DNA of 64,000 nucleotides from Ascidiella aspersa (lineage: Eukaryota): the NCBI GenBank assembly GCA_963924565.1, contig OZ004607.1:10106001-10170000 (forward strand), in the 5' to 3' direction. Position 1 is the first letter of the stretch; every line of letters begins with the position of its first letter. The notes below the pieces were generated by a model. It made no database searches. It saw nothing but the letters and a program-made list of their open reading frames with translations, and was not told the origin of the DNA. The translations under genes were made by a program, and so were the position numbers. Of this stretch, positions 34,601-47,800 are shown one piece after another.

Positions 34601-35745
34601 TCGCTTTGTAGCGTATATGGCTTACTTATAGCAGGTTCGACCGTTTAAACGGAATCGGTCCTTAGGGAAAAGTCGTAGCGTCGAAAAAGGTGTAAAGATG
34701 AGACTCGAAGCGTCTTTGAGTAACGGTGTTTCAGCTTTGAGTTACAGCTCAAAAACAGATGATAAGAGTCATAGCCGAAAAGACGGCTTAACGAGAGTTG
34801 TAGCCATAGAAAATGTTGTTTTATTGAAGGGTAACTGCCCTAAATTCTAAAATTTTAATACATTTTTCGAGTTTGTTAATCGAATATAACAACAGGAGAT
34901 TATGTGAATATTACTTGTATTCCTATCTTTTGAAAAGTACTGTTCAATTTATCTATAGGTGCTGATTGTCGAACGGCGTCGCATTTCTTGTGTGACATTT
35001 CGGTTATACTACTTTTTAAATGGACAGTAGGTATACCCTAAATTGTACAAAAGCGCCCTTAACAACCACAGTCCACAGCGTATAACTAATCACCTGTTTA
35101 CAGGGTAACTCTTTAGGGCGCGCGCCCGCAGCCCCTTGATCAAAAGGCGGTAATCTCGTTAGCTGCGGTACAGCTTTCATTCTAACCCCCTATACACAGT
35201 CAACAGAAGCCCGTAAACCGGCGGCACACGGGCTGCAAAAACAAAGCGAAACAAAAAGCTCCATTTGTCTTCCGCAGGTTCTTATTGCAAAAAGACGAAA
35301 GCCGAAGCATCGTCGGATAGGTCTTTCTGCCTTGTCTTGAAATTTGCGCCAAGGCAGAGGGATACGACGAGCGGCGATCGACGCCTTGCTACCGTAAACA
35401 GATTACTCGCTAGCTGCTCTGCGTCTGGTGTTTTTGGCTCGGCTGAAGCTACAACTAATCCCGCTCGACTTGCGCGAGCGTTTTCGGAACGAGCAAAGCG
35501 AGAGCCGGTGACAGCACACAAACTGAACGAGGCCTCCGCGTCAAGCCGCGATAATCGTATCTTTCTCGGACCTTTTAGCGGCTGTAGCGGCCTTGGAAGC
35601 GTTTTATAATACCCGCGACCATGTCGAACTGACCGGCCGCGATTTTTGTATATTTACACGCTATTTTGTGTATTCGCGCGGCCTCCGGAGTACATTGCCT
35701 TCCACAAAGAATCTTCGCTGAAGTATCGACGGATTTCGACTGAAA

Positions 35746-35863
35746 ATGGGGCCAGCGAGAACGAAGGTCGGTGTCTGTACGATCGTGCTACTTCTCACTT
35801 CTTGTCAAGTATTTGCGATGCTTCCCAAGGATCAGAAGCCAACCAAGCGATACACCGAGAACG
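35746..35863 (+). CDS. sema6: Semaphorin exon 1: signal peptide (MGPARTKVGVCTIVLLLTSCQVFAMLPKDQKPTKRYTEN)
   Basis: AAAATGG start context, hydrophobic signal sequence, LPKD..P resembling SEMA6 FPED..P, ACG|GTGAGT donor in phase 1. Confidence 0.85.
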
Positions 35864-38800
35864 GTGAGTTTCTAGTTAAAGCGAAAGTAAACTCCGACTT
35901 GAGTTTGGGTTCTTCTAAAATGACTTACGACTCTTACTTAGGTTATTTGTGAGCTAAAGACAGCTGCCTAAATCAAGTCCTAGTCCCTGTCTTTAAATGT
36001 AAAGACAAGTAAATTTTGACGTCACCCGAGTCCTTCTTTTACGATTTTCATTCCTGTTTGGATTGCGTAAACTGTATTCCCAAATAATTAACGAGTCTAA
36101 AAGTTTTTTTTTTATGAAAAGAAAACGTCAGAATGATTGGAGGCAAAGTTTTCCTGAAGTCCTAAATGGCTTACGTCAAAAAAGCCATTTGTCTTGCTTT
36201 GGACATTTTTAGACTAGATTTAACCCAAGTAAACACCCTGTTACCTCTATGTATAGGTAAAGAAACTGAAAAATTCGAACTGTCACTTTAATTAATTGCC
36301 TAACTAAAGTTTCTCGTACTATAATCAGTATCCTTTTAGTAGGGTGCCTGAATTTAATAACCCAAGCTTAGGCAAGATTGGACGTGCTTTGTTGTCTGGC
36401 CAATGTCCGACGAAAAGCGTGTCCAGTGTTGACTGTGTTGCTGTACTTACACACAAGTCCGAGCCTGTCTACTTGCCTTAAGTTCTCCGGTAACATACGA
36501 TATGTTTGTATTTCATCGGATACATGACTTGATCATTAAAGCGCCCGATAAGGGCCACGACTACGTTGGTCGAACTTGGGGTACTACGCCTTAAGGCTAA
36601 TCGGCGTTACTGGCACGATTCAATTTATCGTGTTTTGTGATAGCATTTGTAGTTGAAGTGCATCGCAACTTGTCATGCACTTTGTGATTTTTGGTAAAGT
36701 TTCTAAAACAAGCATGGTCCTGAAATTTGTAAAGCTAGTTTTTTTTACTGCGTATTACCATGCACACCAATTCCTGCATTGCTCGCGGCTGTTTATAAGT
36801 CGGTGTTTCTAACATAATTTCACACTCTCGGCATACAAGGTTTTTATTAATGCCTTATAATCAGTAAAATCCAATGAAAATTAGCGCGCCAGGTAAAATA
36901 TTTTACCAGTAAATCTATTTGGGAGTTTTTTTTATCTGACCCAGTTTTATAACCCCTACTAAGCTGCGTAAAACGAAGCCCAGCAGAAAACGCCTAACAC
37001 ATAACAAAATTAAAAAGAACGTTGCACACAAAGGTTATGGTAAATTCTCCTACCATTTTCCCATTAGTACGCAGTAAACCAATTAATCAATCAGTGATAA
37101 AAACGTGAATATATATAGAGTAACAGTTAAATATTAAAAACAATTATTTGCTTTTAAGAAATTGCTATATCTTATTTCTAAGTAAAATACCGGCAAAAAT
37201 ATCGATACCGATATACCGGTAGGAGTTAAATATCGGCCTCTGTGTTTCTCTCTAGTGAAAAGGCAAAGTCCATCTTTAAAAGGCCTGTATTTTGCTCAAC
37301 CTAGCAAACGCAGCTATTAAGTCAGGCTCGTATTAACCGAATTAATCAACAGGCGAATTACACACTGTTCCGTTTGTCCGTCCGCCTAATTTTAAGGTGC
37401 CGTCCCGGTCCTAATTGCAGCATCAGCAATATAACTGCGCCGCTCAGTCGATATATTTCGCCGCAATTAGGCACGATTATATTCTTATGTACGGCTCGGC
37501 GCTGTTATTTGCCCGTCGGAGCTACGCCCAGTGATTGGAGTTCAGAAAAATTAGGTGCTTCGGTAGTTCGATGGTTGCTTATGATACACAATATGTGTTC
37601 TGTTCATTCTTAAGGCCAACCTACAAATGAGAAGAACGGCACACATTTCAATTGTACGTCGGTAACATTGGAAGGTTTGCCGAAATCAGTCGACTTTTTT
37701 AAATTTACGTGTAAAACACAAAAGGATATGTTTTAGTGAAATGTCCTAAATACCCATTGCTTTAAATATTTTTTGTTCTATCTTTGGACTTTGCTTCGTG
37801 TCGCCTGTACGTCAAATTTTTTTGTGTTAGCAATATTTTATTTCCGTGTTTGTGTTGATTCATTTGAGTTTTAAAGCTCTTCCTTTATATATTCTACCTG
37901 CGTAAACCCCGAGGATTGTAACTTTGGATAATAACACCCATAAAAAACAGTTTTTGACAACGGGAATATTTTTTTTCCGTTGAGCGCCCTTTTTTCTCCG
38001 TCTTAAATTACCCAGGCCTGCTTTATTTTGAATCGCTCCTAAAATAGCGCCGTGCAAATTTAGCACGCTCAAGAGCTTCTCTTTGCAGCCGACACAGGTG
38101 TGACTTTACTTAACGGACCCTTAATTATCGCCATTGAATATCCCAAAGCAGGTTCAAAACGCACACTTGGTGTATTGACTTGAACCTATGGCGTTTGTCA
38201 TTGGTCGTTTTGAATCGGGACTTCAACACGGTTTAGGTGGGCTTTAAAGCGTCGGCTCAGTAACGATTTCCTGTTGGGGCAAATTAAGTGCTGGTAATTT
38301 GCGAGCAATCAAGCTGACGTGTGCACCTGTTTCGCCCCTGATTGACAAGGTTAAGGTGCTCGCTGCCACCTACAACGCTGTGTTTTAATGGCTGTTTAAT
38401 CGGCAACGGTTTTGATTTCTATATGGTTTAGCCACGAAGTTTTTTTGTTTGTTTTTTTACCGTTTTGCACACATTTCGAAAATAATTCTTAGTGTAATAT
38501 GTAAATATACATAATGTTAAAAAGTTTTTAAAAGACGTTTATAGATCTAAGAGTCTGGACTGAATATTACGTCCAGTTAAGAATATTGTATGACTTTGGA
38601 ATAAATGTATTATAGCCCATACAGAAATATATGTCGCGTTTTGCGAACGTTTAAAAGAAGCTGTATTCATCATTTTTAACATGATGTTAAAAAAGTAAAA
38701 AAATTGTACCTATTTATTATTGGCTTTGATTTTTATTCTACGTCTAACTGCAACCTTCAGCCTTTAAACTCCCAAACATTTAAGCATTATATGAGCCAAT

Positions 38801-41800
38801 TGTGGACATGCTCTAAAATTTACCCAAGCCAAGTTAAAATGTTATTTTCTTGTCCATTTATAATCGCGAAGACCCGAGGCTGTTTAACTTAAGACAACGT
38901 GCAAGCTGCGAGAAAAACAAGTCGAGATTTTGTTTTCGATCACTGATTTATCGAACCTTGTTTGTCGCTTTTGAGGCTAAACCACGCGAACGTGTCGCGG
39001 TCTGCAGACGCAAGCCTAAAGCGACATGCAACCGAGGATTTGTGCTGTTTTTTGACCTCAGCATCTCGGCTTACCGCGGGGCAAGTCTGCCTTTAGGCTT
39101 GTGCAAAAATCAACACCGGTCTTCAACTAGAGCACTGATTCTTAAACATTGTTTTCCTTGAGAGGGATAGCGAAGTGTGCCGCAAAACCTTGCAAAACAA
39201 CCTCGTGTTATTACAAACAAGCATGTCACTAACTTGCGACTTTTGAGTGCCCACTACACTTAATGCACACTGCAGTTTTGAAAAAATATTAAATGGACAC
39301 TGTAATATTGAAAACGACACTACAATATTATTGAATGGACTGGACACTGCCTTTAAGCTAAATTACCACGGCTGCGGAGTCGTTTAAAAGTAACCTGTGT
39401 TCGACTCCAGAGTCCGACTCTGGTCAAAATTTGAACCCTAAACTTACTCGAGTTCCGAGTCCTAAATCCAACTCCAGCAAAATTAACCGACATTTACCCG
39501 TACCTTACCGTCAATCGATCAATCACGTGTTTTGTGAAAAGAACGTCAAACATTTATTTTGTAAAAAATATAAAAGCATGGCCCGTTATGTAGTGGTCCG
39601 TATTTAAACGAGGTTTTAGGGGTTATGATATAGGTTGCCGTGTAGTGAGGCTATTTGACTCTGTTTGTAGAAGAGTGCCGCGCATTTTCTTAACGCGCCA
39701 AAGCCTAAAAACTACCAAAAACTTAACTTGAGCAAATCAGGCCTCGAACTTTGGTGCATGAACCCTCCTGGGATGCCAGGGGCTGGCAGTTTAAAAATCA
39801 AGTGCCCGTCAAAACCACAATAAACCGCACGCCAGCTGTGGCGGTTGACAGTTGCCACGTTGTGTTGTCACCTCGTCACTTCGCCATTGTCAATAAATTA
39901 GAGGCGACCTGCCAACGACCCCAAATTCAACTTAGCTCTATTGTCTAGACTCGGACTTCTTTTAAAGCTGCATTCATCCAATTTTGTCAAATGGAATTAG
40001 AGAATTTAAGACTCCCCACCTGTCCTAAGGAATTTGGGCCCGTTTGTTTGACTGGAATGTGCGTTTTTGAGTTAGGTTTGATCTAATAGCCAGAAAAGTT
40101 CTAAAAGCTCACGGAAGTTGCCGAAAACCACACGCGCACTTAATGATTTCGACCTTTTTTGTCTGACTTGACTTTGCGTTTTGGTTTTCACGGGTTTAAG
40201 GGCGGCTGGTTGAATTTTGTGCATAAACCCGGCTGTGTGCGACTTTTTAGCTTCGCAATAAGGTTTGCCTGTAATTTGACCTGGATTAAAATATGTTTAA
40301 TTGGGCGAGACACATCTCGATAAAAATTTATATTTCGCTCATGTTTTTGTGATGGCATCCTAATAAAATTGCACGTTTTTAACTATTTTGTTTTGCTGAC
40401 TGTCTTTGCACCTATTTTCGAAAATGACATTGGGCAATTTTGCAACAGCATTGTTACTTAGTCGATGAATGGGCTAAGCTGAAAATCGATTCTGCGGCAA
40501 ACATGAACTGACATTGCTTATTTTGTTCTATTTTATTTTTGTTTTGTTTAACTATAGATTTCTGCGTAATCTGGACATTTTTTTTTCGGTTGATCAATTT
40601 CGTTCACATATTGCTGAAAATAAAACGAAAATGCCCGAGGTATTATCACTCAGATGGATTGCCTTGCAATTATTCGAATCACCGTTTAAGAATACATAAG
40701 GCTAGTTTGTGCCTCGTCTAACAAAAAATATCCCTTTATCAATTTTTGATTCGCCTTTCTGTTATTAAGGAGGAAAAACGCCATTTTTGTGAGAAAGCCT
40801 CTATTGTCGTCGAATGTGTTTATCCTTGTGCGCGTGCGACCGGCGTTTCGTGATAATTGCGGCGATATTATCGCGTTATACGCCGCTTATCGTTACACGC
40901 CGGAATTCGAGCCATCGCACACCGAACACTGGTGAGATTCATCGTCCTTTATAATATAATAGCCGGAAGAATCTGTACGCTCGTACATTATTCGTGTACT
41001 CGCGTAGTTTTGCATTGCACGAATAGAAGGCTTCGTTTCGAAATCTCTAACAGTATGTTTGTGTGTTTTGCGGTTTGGTTACTGAGAAACCTAGTGCGGA
41101 AAAACCTTAAGTAAAATCAACCGTCGTGAGACTTTGATTCACGCGATACCATATCACAAGTAAAACGGGAATAAATGACGTTAAAGAGAATGGTTATATG
41201 CTATCGTTTTAATACTTCGTTTCTTTTTATGGTGCATTCAAATATCAGTGGAAATTAAGTATATCGTTTCCTAATAACACCGATTATTTTTATTACAAAC
41301 ATTTTACTAAAGATGACAGAAGTAACAATCGCAATTGCCTAAATATGCGTATAGGGTCAAGTCAATATTTACGCCACAATTCTGCTTTAAACTTACTGAA
41401 CCCATTCTTCTGTAGTTACGGTTCTAGATTTTACAAACAAAGGCATGTTTTGTAACAAAAAATACAAAAAATACGGTAAAAATTTACTGTTTTGAAAAAC
41501 AGAATTCGCCCAATAAATAAACAGCTTTGCTTTCTAAGTTAATAAACCATTTTACGGACGTCGCGGAAATTTTACATAACGACCTGGAGTCATTTAAGAC
41601 GCACAACCCCTTATTCGTTTGATTTTACCGCCATTCGAAAGAAAACCTGCTTGTTACGTCACACTGTGGAGTGCCATCACCCCCGGGGGACTCGCGTTAA
41701 AAGCGGTGACGCAACAAGACACGGTTTATTACGTCACAACCGTCACAAGAATCGCGAAGCTTAATCCCACAGCGGTGGCTGCTAGTCAGGACGCGAACCT

Positions 41801-44800
41801 GTAAACTGCGGTCGCTTATAAATACAAATATTCAGCGGCATTAAAGCCCTTTTACGAAGAACTGAACAGAGGAATCTTTACGTTTTATTGCGTACTTATA
41901 TCGACAACTTCGCAGCTTTTGGACAGTACATTTGGATTGGTAATTGTTAGGCTTTTTACTGTTAATGATCCCTTGGTAGATTTAAATTATCCGTGCGAAA
42001 AACATCTAAAAATTGTGACTTGATATAAGCAACTGAAAAAAAAAACACAACAATTACCCAACAAAAATGCGTTGGAATACCAATTTAAAAATGTAAATAA
42101 TTGTAAAGTTTCTATTTTTAGCACCTCATATGGTTGTTAAAATTTACCCACAAAAAACTTTAAATTACGTCTTTGGGGGAAATTAGTGACATAGTTCAAT
42201 CATTTATTAGTTTTTTATGCTGGATTCGCTTGTCTAGAAGTTAATCCAGATGTTTTATTGTGCTGCGGTCCTCACAGCTGTGTGGTACCTTTTATCGCGG
42301 TTTGCCGCATTCTCTTAATTGCTGCTTGTCAAAAAGGTCTTAACCTGAAACGTGACGTTTATGTTGTATTTACACAAGTTCTCCACATGGCGTGCGTTTT
42401 CGATTAAAGAATGTCCGAGGTGTGCTTGAGCGAATTTAAGGACGTGGATTTGATTTGCGTTGGTGTTTTTGCGAAGCCACGAAAATCTAACCACCAATCG
42501 TGTTTTGCGTTAAAAGTAAAACTCACTATTGCGAAAATCAGTGCTGCGGAAGACGACGTTCGCTTGCGCAGTTGCAAGTAAGAAAATGTTAAGGCCGCAC
42601 ACTGTAAATCGTAAAGTTGGAATAACATAGAATGGAATGTTGTTCACCCAGATATAGCTACACCCTCATGAGTGAATGAATTAGTGTATATATCCCACCC
42701 TATTTTCGTTGTAAATGGGTGGGACACAGGCTGTAGTGTAGAGTATGACTCGACATTAATTTCTGGTTCTGTTGTATTCTGTAGTCGGACTCGAATTGTT
42801 TTAAGTTGACTTAGCCGGCCTGGGGAAAAAAGTACAATTTAACTGTTTTCCGGATCACTATAAGCATCAACTCAGATAAGCCAGACGGCTGTAAGTGTTC
42901 GAATATATTTTATGTCAAAAAGTCAGCAGGATATTTTGCCACAAATATTAGGCAACAAACAAAGCATTTGAGATACAAAACGCCGTAACTGGCCTACGAA
43001 GGCCGTCAAATCTTTATTTTGCACAAAGGAGATCTCTAGATTAGCATCCAAAAACCTTTCTTTTTTTAACTTTTCTCCCCTCGCCTCCTTGTCTACAAAT
43101 AAACGCTTCCTCGGGGACCTATGCAATTGACCTAAACGAAAAAAAAGTGCCGCAGTTCGCCAAACCGTACTTGCCCATTTGTTTTCAAACAAGCTGCACG
43201 CGAAGCTCCAAATATAGAACCTCAAAAACAGCTGATGTTAGTTTGCGGAGCCTGGGTCACGGTTCGCCGCACCCCGTCACCACAACAGCGTCACCCGTGC
43301 GTTACCGGGCACCCGTCGCTGAAAACATCGACTCCATAACAATTGTCCGCCGTTAGACAAAATAGCGAGTAAACAAGTCATTTTTTACGTGACTTACGTC
43401 CCAGTAAAGTCATTTGTATAATAGGTTGAGTCCAAGTCGAACCATTTTTAACAATTTATATTCACATCCCCTAGGTCTTTACTTATTCAACTTAAATATC
43501 AGTCTAACCTATAGCTATAGTATTTCCAGGTCAAGTTGTAAGCATCAAAGTCCAAAGTTGTAAAATAAAATAAGTGACGAACTCACTCAATCTCAGACAA
43601 TATTTCACGTGGTAAACCATCCAAATAAAACAAATAGCATGCAACATGCAGAGCGAAAAATGTACATTTTCAAATTTTACAAAAATGTTCTGAAGTAAAA
43701 GACTTGATTTTAGTTGTTTAAAAACAGTGACAAACGTGGACTCCAATCAAGTCATCAACCAACACTTTACAACACTAAAAACTGTTTCTAAGCCGTTTCC
43801 CAAATTCAATTGAGTCCATGTCAAGTCAATTATACAAGAGACTTGAATCGAGTCCATTAGTTTACAAACATTGACTCATTACACTCTGAAAAATAGAGTT
43901 TTTTGTTGCCCCCTGGATACGTGCTAAGCGTCACAGAAGCAAGTCAAGGTATAATATGTCTTCTGCATCGTGTTGTTAGTGACGAGTTACTCTCAACCGC
44001 ACGGAAGCTGCAAGTTGATCCCCTCCAGAAAACCTTGTGACGCTTTTTGCGGTTCCCCAGGCTTTCTAGTGACGTTTTCCTGGTGCCTGTTTCCAGGCCC
44101 GACACTATTTCCAGAAGTTTTTTCTAATACGTTATTTTTTTACCTGTAAAAGAAAATTTCACCCTTTCTGTCAAATGGCTATATTACAAAGTGATTTTCA
44201 AACTTATTATTATAAGTTCATCAAAATATTTTTTGGGACAATTGTTTCGAAGTCCTATTTTGGTACACACTAGCGGTTTAATTTTGATTTGGAAAGTGAG
44301 TTTATAAAAACGCTACAAATCACGCGGTCGACGTTTTATTGGGCTCTTTATTTGTTCAGCCGTTGTTTTTCCTCAGGATTGGAGAACTAACAATAATATT
44401 ATTTGTTTTAAGACGCGGGCCTATATTGAACTGCCAGTTGAAATTAGTTTTATAGCACAAGATTTTCGGAACTAGTCGCACCCCATGCGGCGTAACTGTT
44501 ATTTCTTTTTGTTTTTTTATAAAGATTTTCGTTTCTTAAACGTTTGCTGTTTATTTTCTGAGTACCCAATTAGACTTGAAAAACGCGAAAAAACAGTCAA
44601 TTTTCTCGATTCGTTATGGCTTCCCTGTGAAGCCGAACCCCTTCTGTTGGGGCAAGTTTATGTGCCTTGGCTTTTCGGGTCACTTAATTTTTGGAAGGCG
44701 TGCCGACTCTTGTCGTCTTGTGTTTCCTGCGGCTTTCTTGCCGTTCCTTTTTCGCTCACACGTCTTGCCTTGGTTGACGTTTGTTTGCTAAAATTCACCC

Positions 44801-47800
44801 AAAATTGTTTTACGATTTCGTTTTGTCTTTGACAATTTTTAAAAGAGTCTTTTTTAACTTTTTACCTTAATCGTTTTTTGTGTTTGTTTGTTAACTTTGC
44901 GAAAGTTGTCAGAAATAGGTTTACTAAACTTGTCGTTGGCGTATTCATACTTCTCGTTGTTGATGTTTTATGGGGTGTTTTTTTCTGATTTTTTTGCTAT
45001 AATCATTTCAACAAGGTATCCTTGGCCTTTGCCGGTTATGTATTCAAGTTATTCTTCACCAATCTATGTGCTCAGATATCACCAAAGCAAACAAAACTAA
45101 GCCGCGAGAAACAAAATAGGTTATATTTTTTTACATTAAAAGCGATTGTAGTTTGTCATTTGGTTACCCGTTTATCAAATGCACCGTCCATGGTTAATTC
45201 GCGCAAAACGCATAGCAAGAATTTCTATGTTTGACATTCTACTTTCTAAAGAGCTTTTAAAAAATCGTTTTCTCTATTTTGGCATCCAGTTCACCCAAGG
45301 GAAAATAAAATCAATAACCGAGCCAAAAAGCATCCGGTTGGTATTTTACGATCAAGGCCTAGCCAAGGCTACGAGACACACCAGACCGGGACCTACAAAA
45401 TGCGAAGTTGATAATAAAGCATAGAGTAGTGATTTGACATTTCTCACTGCCAAGAAGTTTGACAATCAACATCAAACAGTTCCTAAGAGAAAATAAATCG
45501 TGATACCCTTATTGCTTCCATACCGTCCTTATTTATAAGATGTGTCCTTGTTTTCAATGACTACATGGAAATATTGTTATTTTATCTATGAAATGTTATT
45601 ACGTCCATATTTAGTCCAATCTTTACAAAAGTAATAATAGTAAATACAAACTATTTTCTATTATCCTCTTTTTATAGGATTGTTTGCAATGAAAATCATA
45701 TTTTTTCAGTCGTCCTTAACTTGAGGGCAGTGATAAACCCTGACTAGACCATAGAAACTAGAACACTTCTCAAAAACCCCGTTTCGAATCGTTTTTTTTT
45801 TCTTAAACCCCAAAATCGGGTCGCTAGTCTCAAGGCTCGAGTTCCACTCCAAATCTCAAGCGAAGATCTCGAGCCGATCAGCCGCCGAAAGACGGGATTA
45901 GCCGCTCCAAAGCCGCAGCAGTTGACCCGACGTAAGGGTTGGCGACCCTACTGGTGCGTCACGGGTCGGTGTTTCGCTTCTCGGCCTGGCAAACTTTCCC
46001 TCCGCGATTTTCTTTTCCAGCATATAGCAAGCGCTTGTTTTTTTGCTTTGTAGCCTTGTATATAAGTATGTGGGCACGTAAAATGTTAAGTAATTAAATT
46101 ACGTTTTTCCATAGTGCGCTGGAGACCCTCCTATTTTTTCCATCGACAGCATTTAGCAAGCGCTTGTTACTGTGTTCCGGAATAAAAATTAAAACACGCG
46201 AACACGTGCAATTTTGAGGAAATTGTATAGTTTTTATAAGGTAGTGCTGTTTTGGTGCATTGCAATCTGGTGAAAGATCTGTGCGACTATTATTGGTTTG
46301 ATTTTTTGATGTTTCACGCGGTTTTCACTAGTTTCCTTTTTCTGTTTTAGAAAATCAGTGTCAAAAGAACTAGGTTTTTCTTTCAGTCAATAGAGTACAG
46401 TTCTGCCAATTAAACAGTTGTGCCAATTAAAAATTACAGTTGTGCCAATTAAAAAGAAAATTCAAATTCAATTTTTTTAAGTCCTCAATTTTCCTTAGTT
46501 TCGCGTTTCGGGTCAATTTCAACAGCTACCACTTTACTTATATCGCACAACAAGCATTTCCCAACCTGTAAACAAACTCTCACCGAAAGTTCAGTAACAA
46601 ACATGTTCGAAGTCCACGTAGAATCGTTCCTTGAGAGTTAATACGCACGTGCTTGTACGACAAGCAGCAGCCGATAAAACGAGCCCCTCGGTTTAAGTTA
46701 CACTACCGCTGTTGCTGGTAAATCGAAACCGCCAGCCGTTGTTCTTGGCGAGTAGCGGAGCGGCGCCTTTGTGATTTCAGCACCTGTCGCTGGAAAGGGG
46801 CTGCAGCATAAGCTGGTTTCTGCATCGTGCTGCTACTGTATTTAGACTTGTTGTGTTACGCTGTTGATGTCGCGTTGTGCTTATTTCGGGAGCTGCCATT
46901 GTTTTGCGATCAACGTGAAGAACCGAGTTGGTCCAACCAACACCCACACTCATTCGTTTTTAGACGGGCTTTACACATTTTTTCCAGCTTGTTTAGCACA
47001 CGGCATTGTTGTGATGACTTAATTCGATGACTTGACATAAGTGCACTTTTTCTATTTTGTTATTGACTTTTTTCTCAAAATCGGACGAGTTTGCCAATTT
47101 TAAAGGTTTATCGTTGTACTTTTAGTGATGTGACTTTTCTAATTTAGTGATTTGACCCAAGTTGACTTGCTATAATGATGACTTGACTTGGCCAACTTAT
47201 GAATTGGACTATTGCACCGTGCTTCTACTGCTGCATTAGACTTGCGGTGTTACGCTGTTATTATGTTGCGTTGTTCGTATTTTAAAAGCTGCCATTTTAC
47301 TGTTTCGCAGCTTGTTTCACCACATAACCTTTACTCAATATATTTTTTGTTTAGACTGTTTTCTCTAAATATTTTTGCATCTTGTTTTAGTTCATCGACT
47401 ATACTTTTTTGTGGCGATTATCCCCCAAATTTTTTGTGGCGATTTCCCCAACAATTGCTCCTCTTTTGAGTCTAAGAAACTTAAAATCGCTGAAGGCTTT
47501 TTTTGCTTGGAAACGGTCGTTTAGTCTTTGGCGGGTGTGCAGCGATGCGTGCAATGCTGCAATAGCACAAAAGTGTGCCGCTTTTTTTCAGTTGCTCTTA
47601 TCTTGTGCGCCCTTTCCTCCTTATAGTGTCGTAAACAATAAATTTCAAAAAGACCCAGTTAAGTCCTTTGAAATAATAGGTAAAGTCCAAGTCAAATGAT
47701 TTGAAAAACATATGAAGTCCTAGTTAAGATATTTTTGTCAAAAGACTCAAGTCAATTAAATTCACGTAAAAACAATGACTTCAGTGCTCTTAAGTCAAGT

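Noticed and set aside
9900-35200. An additional protein-coding gene between the CCHC gene and the semaphorin
   Set aside because: I could not assemble phase-consistent exons on either strand; small or divergent exons cannot be excluded without RNA data.
45920-45969. Nested GC-rich stem-loop (GACCCG...AGGGT/ACCCT...CGGGTC) as a possible ribozyme or ncRNA
   Set aside because: Short stems are expected in GC-rich sequence; no hammerhead or HDV core recognised.
45974-45987. TCGCTTCTCGGCCT matches the 5' end of U2 snRNA
   Set aside because: Similarity stops after 14 nt; no branch-point-pairing region or Sm site follows.
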